From assembly GCA_964187785.1 (NCBI GenBank), contig OZ076413.1, forward strand, positions 25,792,001-25,856,000: 64,000 bases of DNA, written 5' to 3'. Position 1 is the first letter of the stretch. Each line of letters opens with the position of its first letter. Below the pieces are notes generated by a model. That model worked only from the letters and a program-made list of their open reading frames with translations, did no database searches and had not been told where the DNA came from. Below, in pieces: positions 37,577 to 48,225 of the stretch. The translations under genes and the position numbers were made by a program. The stretch is from Amphiscolops sp. MND2022 (lineage: Eukaryota).

Positions 37577-37920
37577 GGGTGGCTGTAAATAGGTCGAATT
37601 TTTCTGGTCGAAAGGACAGAGGTCGAACCTTTTGATCGAATTGCAGGGATCGAATGGAATGCGGTCGAATTTTATCGTTTTTGTTGTATGGCTCGGTCGC
37701 TTCGCTCCCTTCGCCAAGTAGCAACATTGAGGCATGGCCATATGGCACGTCGCTCCGCTTCGCTCCTGCATTCAGGGCACTAGGGGTATGTGAACATATC
37801 TGACTACGTTATAAACATTTCGATCCGAGTTGTTTCGATCCCGTTCAAAAATTTGGTATGTCGACCTGAGGACTAACTCTGAATTTCGATCCCGTTCCTT
37901 CGACCTATTTCAGCCCACCC
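37577..37920. mobile_element. Mutator-like MITE (compact family member)
   Basis: TIRs GGGTGGCTGTAAATAGGTCGAA / TTCGACCTATTTCAGCCCACCC; TSD CCTCGGAT (37569-37576, 37921-37928), 8 bp or 9 bp depending on how a C run is assigned. Confidence 0.9.
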
Positions 37921-38038
37921 CCTCGGATATGTCCCCATTTCCTCTAGTGCCCTGAGGCCCCTTGGGGCCGCTTATATTCCCATCTTGCTAAGCGAGGTCG
38001 AACAGGAGCAAAGACCTAGCGGGAACGAAGATCGCCAA

Positions 38039-38069
38039 GCCTAATTGTTGTGATAAACCTAATAAATAG
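38039..38069 (+). other. Spliced-leader-like 31-mer at the 5' end of LINE A
   Basis: GCCTAATTGTTGTGATAAACCTAATAAATAG begins exactly where the upstream MITE fragment stops; ends in AG and is not followed by GT. Confidence 0.75.
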
Positions 38070-38235
38070 GGAAACCGGTTTATTAAGTCAACTTCAGATT
38101 CAATGATATAATACCTGGATCACTGGAACATCACTGGGCACTGGACAATTGAACTGGACCCTTGCTCTGTGACGGTCAAGTCCAGCAAACCATCAATCGG
38201 CAAACTGTTAGTTCGTTCCATTTACCATTTACCCT

Positions 38236-38823
38236 ATGGTTTATCTAATAGGAGCAAGTTCACTCTATCGAGTCTTTAATTCTTCACCTTACTCTTTCAG
38301 ATCTACAATTTATAAAAAATCTACAGCCATCCCTGGATTATCCCTGAACCCAAATTCAAACAATAGATTTAAAGATCTTGGTTTCTTACTGGAAAGAGGC
38401 CAGTTGAGAGATAGAACCGATCTTGTTTGTTGGCACGACGTTATTAATAACAGTATTACAGAACATAAATCAAACGGAAATAAAGCCCTCACCGTTGAAC
38501 AGCTTTTGCCGATCCTGAAAAAACATTTCCATAAATTTGCTGCTATCATCTACTGGCAGAGATTCAGCACTCCCAACATTCTCGAAGAACTGCGAACGCT
38601 AAACATCCTTATCATCGACGTCAAGAAAAAATTTCTGTCCAAGCGCAAGCAGAAAACACCAAAAATCACCTCTGAACTACAAAATGTTCACCCCTGGCCC
38701 GAATTGGAGCGCAACTTTATCACCACTATCCTCAAGAAATCCACAGATCTCTACAGCCTAGTTCTACAGAAAACCCAGAAAAAAGAAGAAAGCCTAATTG
38801 AAAAGTTAGAACTTTTTCCTTAA
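38236..38823 (+). CDS. ORF0 of LINE A: intact 195-aa SGNH/GDSL-hydrolase-like protein
   Basis: VYLIGASS resembles block I (GDS), AIPGL block II, WHDVINNS block III and NVHP block V; homologous remnants at the same position in LINEs E, F and A'. Confidence 0.65.
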   Translation: MVYLIGASSLYRVFNSSPYSFRSTIYKKSTAIPGLSLNPNSNNRFKDLGFLLERGQLRDRTDLVCWHDVINNSITEHKSNGNKALTVEQLLPILKKHFHKFAAIIYWQRFSTPNILEELRTLNILIIDVKKKFLSKRKQKTPKITSELQNVHPWPELERNFITTILKKSTDLYSLVLQKTQKKEESLIEKLELFP

Positions 38824-38896
38824 TTCTTACTTAAGAGTACGGCGACAGCTTTTGAGGTTTAGTTACCTTGGAGTATTTGTCGTGCACTTAGGTAAG

Positions 38897-40227
38897 ATGC
38901 CATCCAAAAACAAAAAAGACCGCACAGTATCAGCAGCAGATCAAAACCCGGACGACTGCGGAACTTGTAACAATGCAGTACTATCTGGAACAAGTGCCGT
39001 CGAATGTGCTTCTTGCGTGCGCTGGTTTCATCAGAAATGCACCGAACTCGCTGAAGAAACTATTAAAGCGATAGATGGTTACAAATCGATTCAATGGTAC
39101 TGTAATGATTGCCTGCACTCCGTTAGAAAATTTCTACGCCCTAAAGGACTGGAAGCAATAGACCAAAAACTGGATACACTCATCGAGTCAAACCGACAAC
39201 ACCAAAAAAGTCTCTCGGCAACAATAACCAAAGTTGACAACGCAACAAACGTTACAACTGTTTCAACGGAGAGTATCACGAAACTTTCCAATGACTTGTC
39301 TGCATTATTACCAGCAATAAACAAAGTTGCACACGGACTTGCACCCAAAATTAGCTCTGTCAAAGACGCTGTTGAGAAAATGACGTCAACGTATGCCACA
39401 GCCAAAAATAAAGGAGCAGCAATACAAACAGAAACGTGCACCATAACAACCAAACCCAGAGATGTCAACGGAGTTCTCATTATCGAGAATGCACATCCTA
39501 CCTTCAGAAACAGCTCTGATATAAAAAGAAGCTTCCCCAAAGCCTTCCCCAAAAAGAAACTACTATATGCCTTCAGAACCACCAGAGGGCATATCCACCT
39601 GGAATTTGAAACACACGATGAATCCAAAGAGATTGAAGATGCATGGCGGTCAAACTTCTTGGGTAAGGACACGGTCTGTCGCAGGCCAAGAACGCTTCAG
39701 AAAAACTTCTCAGTCATAATAAAAGATGTCCCGAAAGAAGACAATTTTACAGACACAAACATATCTTCTTCACTACAAGCAAACTTCCCTGGAGCAAAAG
39801 CTAGAAGATTCATTAAGAGAGACAGCACCATTCTGAACACAGTGAAAATAGACTTCAGGTGCCATAAAGACATAGAAGCCGTAGTTAGAGACGGTTTGTT
39901 TCTAAATGATCAGTTCTTTCGTGCATATGAATTTGAAGAAGAAGTGAAAATCCCAATTGTCCGATGTTATAACTGCCAGAATTTTGGACACATAGCTAAA
40001 ACTTGCAGAAGCCCCCAAAATGCTCTAACTGTTCTGGACCACACAGCACAAGTGAGTGCGACAAAACGAAAGATAGAAAATGTGCGAATTGTCAATCAAA
40101 TCACTATGCTAATGACCCCAACTGTGAAGCATATCTGAATCATGCATCGAAAGTGTACAATCAAAAAAACATTCCGATACCAAACTACCTTCAAGATAAA
40201 TTACACTCGCTCAAGTGGAATGGCTAA
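38897..40227 (+). pseudogene. ORF1 of LINE A: N-terminal PHD finger, coiled coil, central domain, three zinc knuckles; one frameshift near 40015
   Basis: First ATG 38897; CGTC..CASC.RWFHQKC..WYCNDC; CYNCQNFGHIAKTC, CSNCSGPHSTSEC, CANCQSNHYANDPNC; stop TAA 40225-40227 overlaps the ORF2 ATG at 40220. Confidence 0.9.
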
Positions 40228-43026
40228 CAAAAATTACGCTAACATCCTGCAGCTTAACGTAACCGGCATGTCATCTGCCAAACAATTACTTCTAAACAAA
40301 TACATAGACGACGCCGGGGCAGATTTCATTGCACTGAATGAAACAAAAAAGGAATTACCTGAAACTTTTTTCATTAACCATCGAACTTTCTCACAACAAC
40401 AAACACACAACCAAGGATGAGTCTCTCTCTCACTACCAAAAGAAACAAGCTGCTTTGAGATACACGATCTCCAGAGTAAGAATTTCGACTCCGTCTGGTG
40501 CGCAGTAAATTTTCACAACCTGTCTTTTCTGCTCGCAACTGCTTACATCCCTCCCATCGCAGACACCAAAATGAAAGAATTCCTCAGCACTCTTGACAAA
40601 GCGAGATCCTTGGCAAAATTGATTAACATGGAAGGTGTTCTTTTTGTTGGGGATCTAAACGCCAGGAACCTACTGTTGGAAGACATCCGAAACAACTCCA
40701 GTGGCTCACTTCTGGAACAGTACATCGAGGAGGAGAGTGTTGAAATCCTGAATGATGGGCAACCAACGTTTTACTCAATCAACGGAAGTTCAGTAATCGA
40801 TCTATTCATGACAACGGAAGAGCTTTGCGGAAGGAAAACAACAATGTACACGGATCTCGACACAGAACTTCTCACTGGCTATCCGAACAGGGGACATGTC
40901 CCAGTGTTTGCTAATTGGGAACTCAACCACTCATCACAGGACGGAAAAGTCACCAAATTTGATCCCGAAAATACTGACTGGCAAAATTGGCAGAGTATAT
41001 TGGAAGAGAAAATGAACAGCTTTACGGACCCAAACAACCTGTTGTACAAAGACCCGAACGTCGCTTGGCGGAAAAGGAGATTCATTCTTGAAGAAGTGAA
41101 TCAGTTATGTCTCAATACGAAAGTCATCAGTAAGCACAGCAAGCCATTTTGGACAGATGTCCTGACACAGCTTAGCAACAAGGTCGGAGCACTCAACAGA
41201 CCTTCAAAAGAACTTCGACACTGCAAAATCATGCCGCATTGACATCAGCTAGACTTCGATTCAAACAAGAACTCAGAACAGCGGCATCTAACTGGACTTC
41301 TTCCAAACTCAAAGAAATAAACAATGCAAAACATGGTATTTCATTTTGGCGAAACATTCAGAAGGTATTCCCCAACAAAAAAGACCACATGGTAGCCCCT
41401 TTGAGATCACAATCCGGACTGTGTTTCGATGAGCCAGATAAAGCAAAATTACTGCTCAACACGTTTTTTAGCGGTAGCCATCTGAAAGAAGAAGAATTTG
41501 ACGGAGAGTTTGAAAACCTTGTGGATGATCAAATGCGATATTTTGATTTTTTAGAATTTACAGACAGTAATGCGTACTCCAGCTTATGGTTCAATGAAGC
41601 TGTTGAAAGACATGAACTGGACGAGATCATTGAAAAACTACGAAACCTGAAATGTAACAGCGACGATGACAAGATCCAGCCGAAGATGGTCATCATATCT
41701 GGAAATAAATTCAGAACCTGCCTAATCAACCTCTTCAACTCTTGCCTCAGATCTGGAGCCTGGCCTTGGACAGACACTCGCGTTTTTTTCATTAAGAAAC
41801 CCATGAAAGCTGACTACAGCAACCCATCTGTCTACAGGCCAATTTCAATCAGCAGCCATATAGGAAAAGTCTTCGAAAGAATACTCAACTGACGTCTAAT
41901 GCGCTACATGCTCTCTGAAAAACTAAATGCGACCTCCTAAAGAAGAGCAAATTATGTGCAGCTCTCATAAATCTAGACTTAGAGAAGGCTTTCGATAGCG
42001 TTTGGCACAATGGCCTGCTGCTGAAGCTATGGACAGCAGGAATACGAGATTCACTCTTTAATCTCTTTCGGAATTTTCTCAAATGCCGATTGATACGAAC
42101 AAAACTGGATGGAGTGTTGAGCTCGCCCATTAGGCCAAAACAGGGAGTTCCGCAAGGAAGCGTACTCTCACCATTGCTTTTCATATTTTTCATCGCAGAA
42201 ATGTTGAAGAATACTGATGGGACTAAATTCAAATATGCGGACGTTTCTCAGATCCTTGTGTCTGCGGAAACACAAGCCTCCCTCTGCAAACAAATTCAGA
42301 AGAACTTGAATTCGGAGAAAACATGGTGCAGCACATGGCGAATTCAAATAAACGGATTGAAAACCGAGATAATGCCCATTCACCCACTGGATATCTGGGA
42401 CCACAAGTTTCATCTGGGAACAGAGAAATGCGAAGTCAAATACCAAACGAAAATTCTCGGCTTGATCGTAGACAACGAATGTTCATTTAAACAACACACA
42501 GATTCAACAACAGCACGTTGCCTGAACGGGTGGAGAGAACTGAGATATCATTGCACAGGCAAATGGGGTCTATCGAGACACACCCTTACAGTTATGTACA
42601 AAACATTGATCCTATCGGCCTTACTATACTGCACACCTGTATGGGCGAGTCAAAACATTACTAAATTAACTAATATTTAACATACGATTACCCGCAGCAT
42701 AATGGAAACCAGATACAATGCAAACTCGGCAGCAGCTGAAGTTCTTTTGGGTATTCCACCCATAGACATACTGTGCCAAAACATATCATCGAAATTTTTA
42801 ACTAAAGTTCTACAAAGTAATGATCATATGACAAATCAAATAATAGAAAATGGATCAGACTTAGCGTTTCTTATGAGCCATAGAAAGACGTTGAGACAAT
42901 TTCACGGCAGAAAGACATTAAACCTACGCGACAAGCTAAGCTACGATGAAGAAACGAGTAGAAATCACATTCTTAGGCAATGGAATTAAAGATGGCAATA
43001 TCCGGACTTCGATACAAATCTCAAAC
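40220..43026 (+). pseudogene. ORF2 of LINE A: APE endonuclease and reverse transcriptase, disrupted
   Basis: ILQLNV, FIALNET, GDLNA, SVIDL, GHVPV; YRPISISSHIGKVFERI, LDLEKAFDSVWH, GVPQGSVLSPLLF, YADV instead of YADD; stops at 40418, 41890 and 42678, and a deletion removing the QxGFR motif. Confidence 0.9.
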
Positions 43027-43226
43027 NNNNNNNNNNNNNNNNNNNNNNNNNNNNNNNNNNNNNNNNNNNNNNNNNNNNNNNNNNNNNNNNNNNNNNNNNN
43101 NNNNNNNNNNNNNNNNNNNNNNNNNNNNNNNNNNNNNNNNNNNNNNNNNNNNNNNNNNNNNNNNNNNNNNNNNNNNNNNNNNNNNNNNNNNNNNNNNNNN
43201 NNNNNNNNNNNNNNNNNNNNNNNNNN
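43027..43226. other. Assembly gap (200 N)
   Basis: Run of N. Confidence 1.
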
Positions 43227-45343
43227 AGTCCTTGAGGGTGCTCGAGGCCAAAAGTTTAGTCGCATTTTTTCGCTGGTTTCTTTTGGAAGAACAAATTTAT
43301 TTCTTCTTTTGCTTTGCTTTAAAGGGTTAAAATCTTTGCATATTTACATCATATTGACCATCAATTATGTTTGATAACATCATCAATTCCTTGAGCTTGA
43401 TAAAATAAGATATAGATAAAATTCTCAGGGTTGACAATCTCTGTTTGTAGTCGTCTCCTTATATGATCCATCTGGTCACTCTAGAAATAAACTTTTTCAA
43501 TATCCTCAATTCTGATTTTTTCGGACACCAAAAGTCTGAACCGAACAGTAGGGAAGGAATGACCATGGATTTGTATACTGGCAGCTTCGACTGAGTTGAT
43601 GTATTTGATGCAGAATTTCTTCTTTCCATTCGATAGACTTTATGAGCTTTAGATAGTCTTGTCTCCAGGTGGTTGTTCCATTTCAAGCTATTTATAACGG
43701 GCCCTAAGTCCGCACATACATCCGTACAGTTCTGGCTCAAAACCTAAAGATCCTTTGAGAATGAGATATTGGCACTTTTAGGCATTGAAAAAAAACATAT
43801 TGCGCTCACTCTAAGTTTGAAGTTGGCATAATTCAGACTTTAAACGATTCGCTGGGTTGTTGGGTCCTGTGTACAAGGAAAAAAGGTATTCGGCAAACAG
43901 GTATCATAAGAAATATACAATATTATTCGGTAAGTCGTCGATAAATAACACAAAAAAGAATAAACCAAGAAAAGAACCCCGAGGTACCCTTTTTTCAAAT
44001 TTACTGGGTTCAGATAAAGCATCATCAATTTAGATCCCCATATAACGATTACAGAGATATGATTCAAGGAATTTATGAAGTTTGGAGTCGAGTTTTTTTA
44101 TTTGTTTGTTCAAAAGAAGGTCGTGTCTGCTTGTATCAAACGCCTTTTGGAAATCGAATGAGAAGAGTGTAACGCATTCAACATTCTGAATATTGGAAAA
44201 TATCTCACTTAGTGTCACCATCAGTCTCAATAATAGTGATCTACCAGTTCTGAAACCATATTGTCGTTCCTGCATATGGGGGTGGGTTCTAGATGTCCAA
44301 TAATCGCTTCAATATAATCTCAAAAGTTTTGCTACCAATGTTTGACAAACTTATTGGGCGATAATTTTCCACTGTTTGCTGCGAACCTTGCTTGAATACT
44401 GGAATCACTTTGACTTCCTTCCATTTCAAAGGGAATAGAGTATTTCGAACAATTTTAAAATAAACGTTGTAGAGCGAATGAATAAGTGTATCTGCCGTCC
44501 TAACATGCCATATAGGGGGATAGCATCATGGCCAACTAACTTCACTGCAATTTGATTTATCTCATCTCTGCAAATTTTCAAGTCGAAGGATCCCGATTCA
44601 GTGTATTTTGGCATTGTTATTGCACTGGTTTCTCTATAAATAGTTGCAAAGTACTTCAATAGTAAATTAGCTCGTGCTTTAGACCTTCTTGCAGACTCAT
44701 CCCTCCATTCTAGGTGCGGCGAGATGACAGTGCGCTTTAGCTATCTGAAGTGTTCAAACATTAAGGAGCCATTTTCGGAGGCAAAGACCTTTTCTTGATA
44801 TGCAGCGAGATCTTCAGCAATTGCAATATCAATCTCTTTTTTTTTCTTGGGATTATAACGATTTCCCTTTGAAATACTGTTTGGTTGTTTCTGATACACT
44901 TTTTCGGCGGTGGAGAGTCTATTCATTAAATTCGAGGTACCAGGTGTAATCCATGGCGGGGAGATTTCTTCTGTGTTGCGTTCGCCCTGGGTGGTAGAAT
45001 CCCGCTTTTCAGGAAACCAAGCATACCATTCTTCAACTATTTGGTCACAGTTGCTATAACATTTGGCCATGAAAGGTTGTTCAATCAAAAGTGCATTCAA
45101 CATGTCGTAATCACATCTGTTGGATTAATAACTGATAGGAGAAAGTGGGCTGGATTGGAAATCATGTCGAGTAGATAGCAAACTAACTGCGAAAGTTATG
45201 GCAAAATGAACTGATTTTCACAAGAATTCATAAATTCGCTATTGACTCGTGCAGCGTCTACATAGTCAGGGTCATTGACAAACGCAAGATCCAGAGTGTT
45301 CCGCTTGGTGGTGAAGAAATCTGTTACTTGTGTAAGGTTGAGT

Positions 45344-45700
45344 GGCTTGCTATATAGAGATCGAATTTCCGAGGTCGAATTGAATGAGGTCGAACGAAAA
45401 GAATTCGACTACTTTAGTTGCATTACACAGCTCGAACGAACTGAGATCGAATTTGGTAGAACACGTCAGGTCGAAGTTTGTTATCCCATTTCTCGAATGG
45501 AAACAGCATTGCGCAACCCCGTATGTTTTTCGTAAAAGAATATAAAGTCAAGACTTCGATCCCAGACAGTCGCTGTATTTCCGAAATTTTCGCAATTCGA
45601 CACGATTAAGTTGATCTTTTTCCGGAATTTTCACTGGTCGACCCGAGGACGTACCCTAGTTTTCGGCGGCCTGGTGGATTCGATCCGTATCCGCGCACCC
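45344..45700. mobile_element. Second copy of the Mutator-like MITE in LINE B
   Basis: Same 9-bp TSD AGGTTGAGT at 45335-45343 and 45701-45709. Confidence 0.85.
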
Positions 45701-46884
45701 AGGTTGAGTCTATCCACTTCATCCAAGATCTCCTGTTCATACAGATCACTTGAAGTCATTGAAACCCAATATTTGTCTTTTTCATATTAAAATCACCCGT
45801 TATCATCTTGCAATCAGCTGTATGGTTATTAATGGCTTGAAAAAAGGGGGTCAACTCGTTTATAGGTAGACGGTACGTACTTTTATCAAGTGGTTTGTAT
45901 AAAAATCAATACAAATTGTTTTACTGTGCAGTTTTATTAACGCTGCAGCCGCACATGAGACTTGTATTTCAGTGGGTAAAGTGTCTGGGGAATACTTGAG
46001 GTCTTTGTGGATTCCTATTAGAACTCCACCATGGGCAGTTGGGTTGGGTTTGCTTTCTTTTTCTGCTCGCATTAGGCTATAATGGGGTAAATGAGTTTCG
46101 CCATCCATTATTACCTTTCTTAGCCATGTTTCTGTTAAAAGGCATATGTCTGGCATGTATTGTAGATACAGGTGGAAACAATATGACGTCTATCGGCTAA
46201 GTATATACGTTGGCAATTGAATAATATAACTTCTAGCATGGTATGTAGTCAATCATTTCGTCCAGCTTGGATCTCATTTCCATCCTTTAACAGTTTTAGA
46301 TTTCTTGTCTTCAGCTGTTGTCGTTGAATTCCAGAATCGATAAGCTCTTTGCTTTTAAATAGCAGAGTTCTTTCCACTTGTCTTTCCTCATATGTTAGTG
46401 AATCCGAATTGAATATTCGTTTTTCTGGAAAGTTTTTGTGCTCAAGTGTCTTTGCTAATATTTTCCTCACATCCCATGGGTTTTTGAGCGTCGCAATTAA
46501 TGATCGTGGTCGCTCTTTGAGAGGATCAAATTTTCCAAACGTTGAATTCCGATAACAGCTGGATTTTCACTGAGGAATTCCATGATACCGTTCACTTTTT
46601 TTCTTCGCAGTTCAAAGTTTGTTCTTGCTCTTTTTTGGCCTCGAGTATACGTTTATTTGTAAACAAGTATCTTCTTCCTGGAAAAACGCTTTATGAATGA
46701 TTATTCCTGCGCTTGAAAATTGATGTTTGACAATTTCCTCGTTACACTCTGACATATTTTTTGATAATTGCTCAATCTTGTCATGAAGAGGTTTTATAGA
46801 TGCTTCATTAGTCGAATCAACACATTCCTTAATGGAATCAATAAAAAGTTAGGTCCCACATGGTTGTTGTAGATCATACTCGAC

Positions 46885-47710
46885 CATGAATTTAATTGCA
46901 ATATGCGTTATATCGCATGCGAGAGGGATATATTGCACGTTTTTTACAATAACGATGTGTGAAATTTTGCTATCGCAATCTAAGCAATGCGATATATTTA
47001 TATTTTCAGCAAAAACTGATATATCGCATCATGTTTCTGCGATACTTCGCAAAAAGCGATGAAAATGCGTTAAATCGGGATTTAGTAAACCGGCGTTTCG
47101 AAGACCAGCGTATCGAGTAAAATACACCGAGACAATTGAGAACTTTTTTTGAGAAATTTCGGCATCAACGTGAATAGGAAGAAGTCTGTAAAATCATGCC
47201 TTTGTTGTGTTTTTTTTCAGACATATGAATGATTTCGAGAATATAATTTATGATGACTTTAGCAATATCACTGATGAAGGGAACACAACTGACGATAGTG
47301 TGTTAGTCACAGGTTCAAATATAATGTCGCCAATTTGCATATGTTATCTGTCCATGTGCGTATTGTATTGTATTGTAACGTAACATGCTTCATTGTCGCA
47401 TTTGCAGTCTTAGGTTTATTGTTGTTGTCAAGGTTGTCTTATCAGTTGTTTAGTTATTCAGGCAAGCTCAGCGGTATCCAATCGAAACTTTGATATATTA
47501 AAGTCCTTTTTTCAAAAAGTACGAAGCGAGCTTGAACTTTTGATATTTTAGAGGTTTAGCGTCTAAAGAGCGATAAATCATTGCAATGTTTTCAGAAAAA
47601 GGGATAGCGATAACGTTAACTTTTACTGAACTTCGCTTTGGCTGCGATGCGATGTTTTTTAGAACACTGCGATAGCGATGTTTGAAAAAAGCAATGTATC
47701 TAAATCCTTG
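46885..47710. mobile_element. Second copy of the hAT-like element in LINE B
   Basis: Same 8-bp TSD TACTCGAC at 46877-46884 and 47711-47718. Confidence 0.8.
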
Positions 47711-48225
47711 TACTCGACCAGTTGTAAACAGGAATCGCAGAACCATAGGCATCCTTTGATTCTTCCGAGATGGGGGTACACTACTTTCGTCACGTCACTA
47801 CAGGCCAGATGGAACCAGTTCATGAACTTTGAGCACTGTACTGCATGAGAGTTGTCGGACACACTGGTTGTACATTTTCCACAATGTGGGTTTTGCTAGG
47901 CAAGCGTCCCCGTCCACGTGTAGCATGTATTTTATCTCAAATCTATTAAGTATTTATTTATGGTCGGGGAAGCGGAGAGTCATCATTGTTCTTGCCAATG
48001 CGAAAAAGATCCTCGATTTTGACTTTCACATTTAAACGAGTTTATTTCACATTGACAAATGAGTTTATTTGACTAATCTCGTGTCCATTATTAGATGTAC
48101 ATTCTCTTTTCCTTCAGGAATGCCTGTAACCATTATATCGTAGTCACAGTTATTTTCTTTGTTGGTAGAACTTCTCATTGGCGTAGCTCCAGGTTGAGAA
48201 CGGTTACTCTCAAGGGATATCGTTG

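Larger units (their letters stand above)
38039..43026 (+). mobile_element. Relatively young three-ORF LINE 'A' (I/Jockey-group-like); 3' end lost in the gap
   Basis: Leader, 166-nt UTR, ORF0, PHD/knuckle ORF1, APE-RT ORF2 with few lesions; closely similar to the inverted copy at 59448-64000. Confidence 0.92.
43227..47945 (-). mobile_element. Second copy of LINE B
   Basis: Same ORF fragments as 20050-24790 (43459..43740, 44030..44275, 45860..46156, 46249..46470, 47659..47862). Confidence 0.85.

Noticed and set aside
37600-37900. Spaced TCGAA/TTCGA repeats resembling a CRISPR-like array
   Set aside because: Repeats are 5-7 bp, irregularly spaced and lie inside TIR/TSD-bounded MITEs; eukaryotic context, no cas genes.
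38039-38120. An SL RNA gene itself
   Set aside because: None of the leader copies is followed by a GT donor or an Sm-like site; all run straight into LINE sequence.
39091-39672. 193-aa antisense ORF and the many other short track ORFs opposite LINE ORFs
   Set aside because: Shadow frames of retroelement coding sequence; no independent motifs.
42936-43374. ORFs spanning 43027-43226
   Set aside because: Artefacts of translating the N gap.
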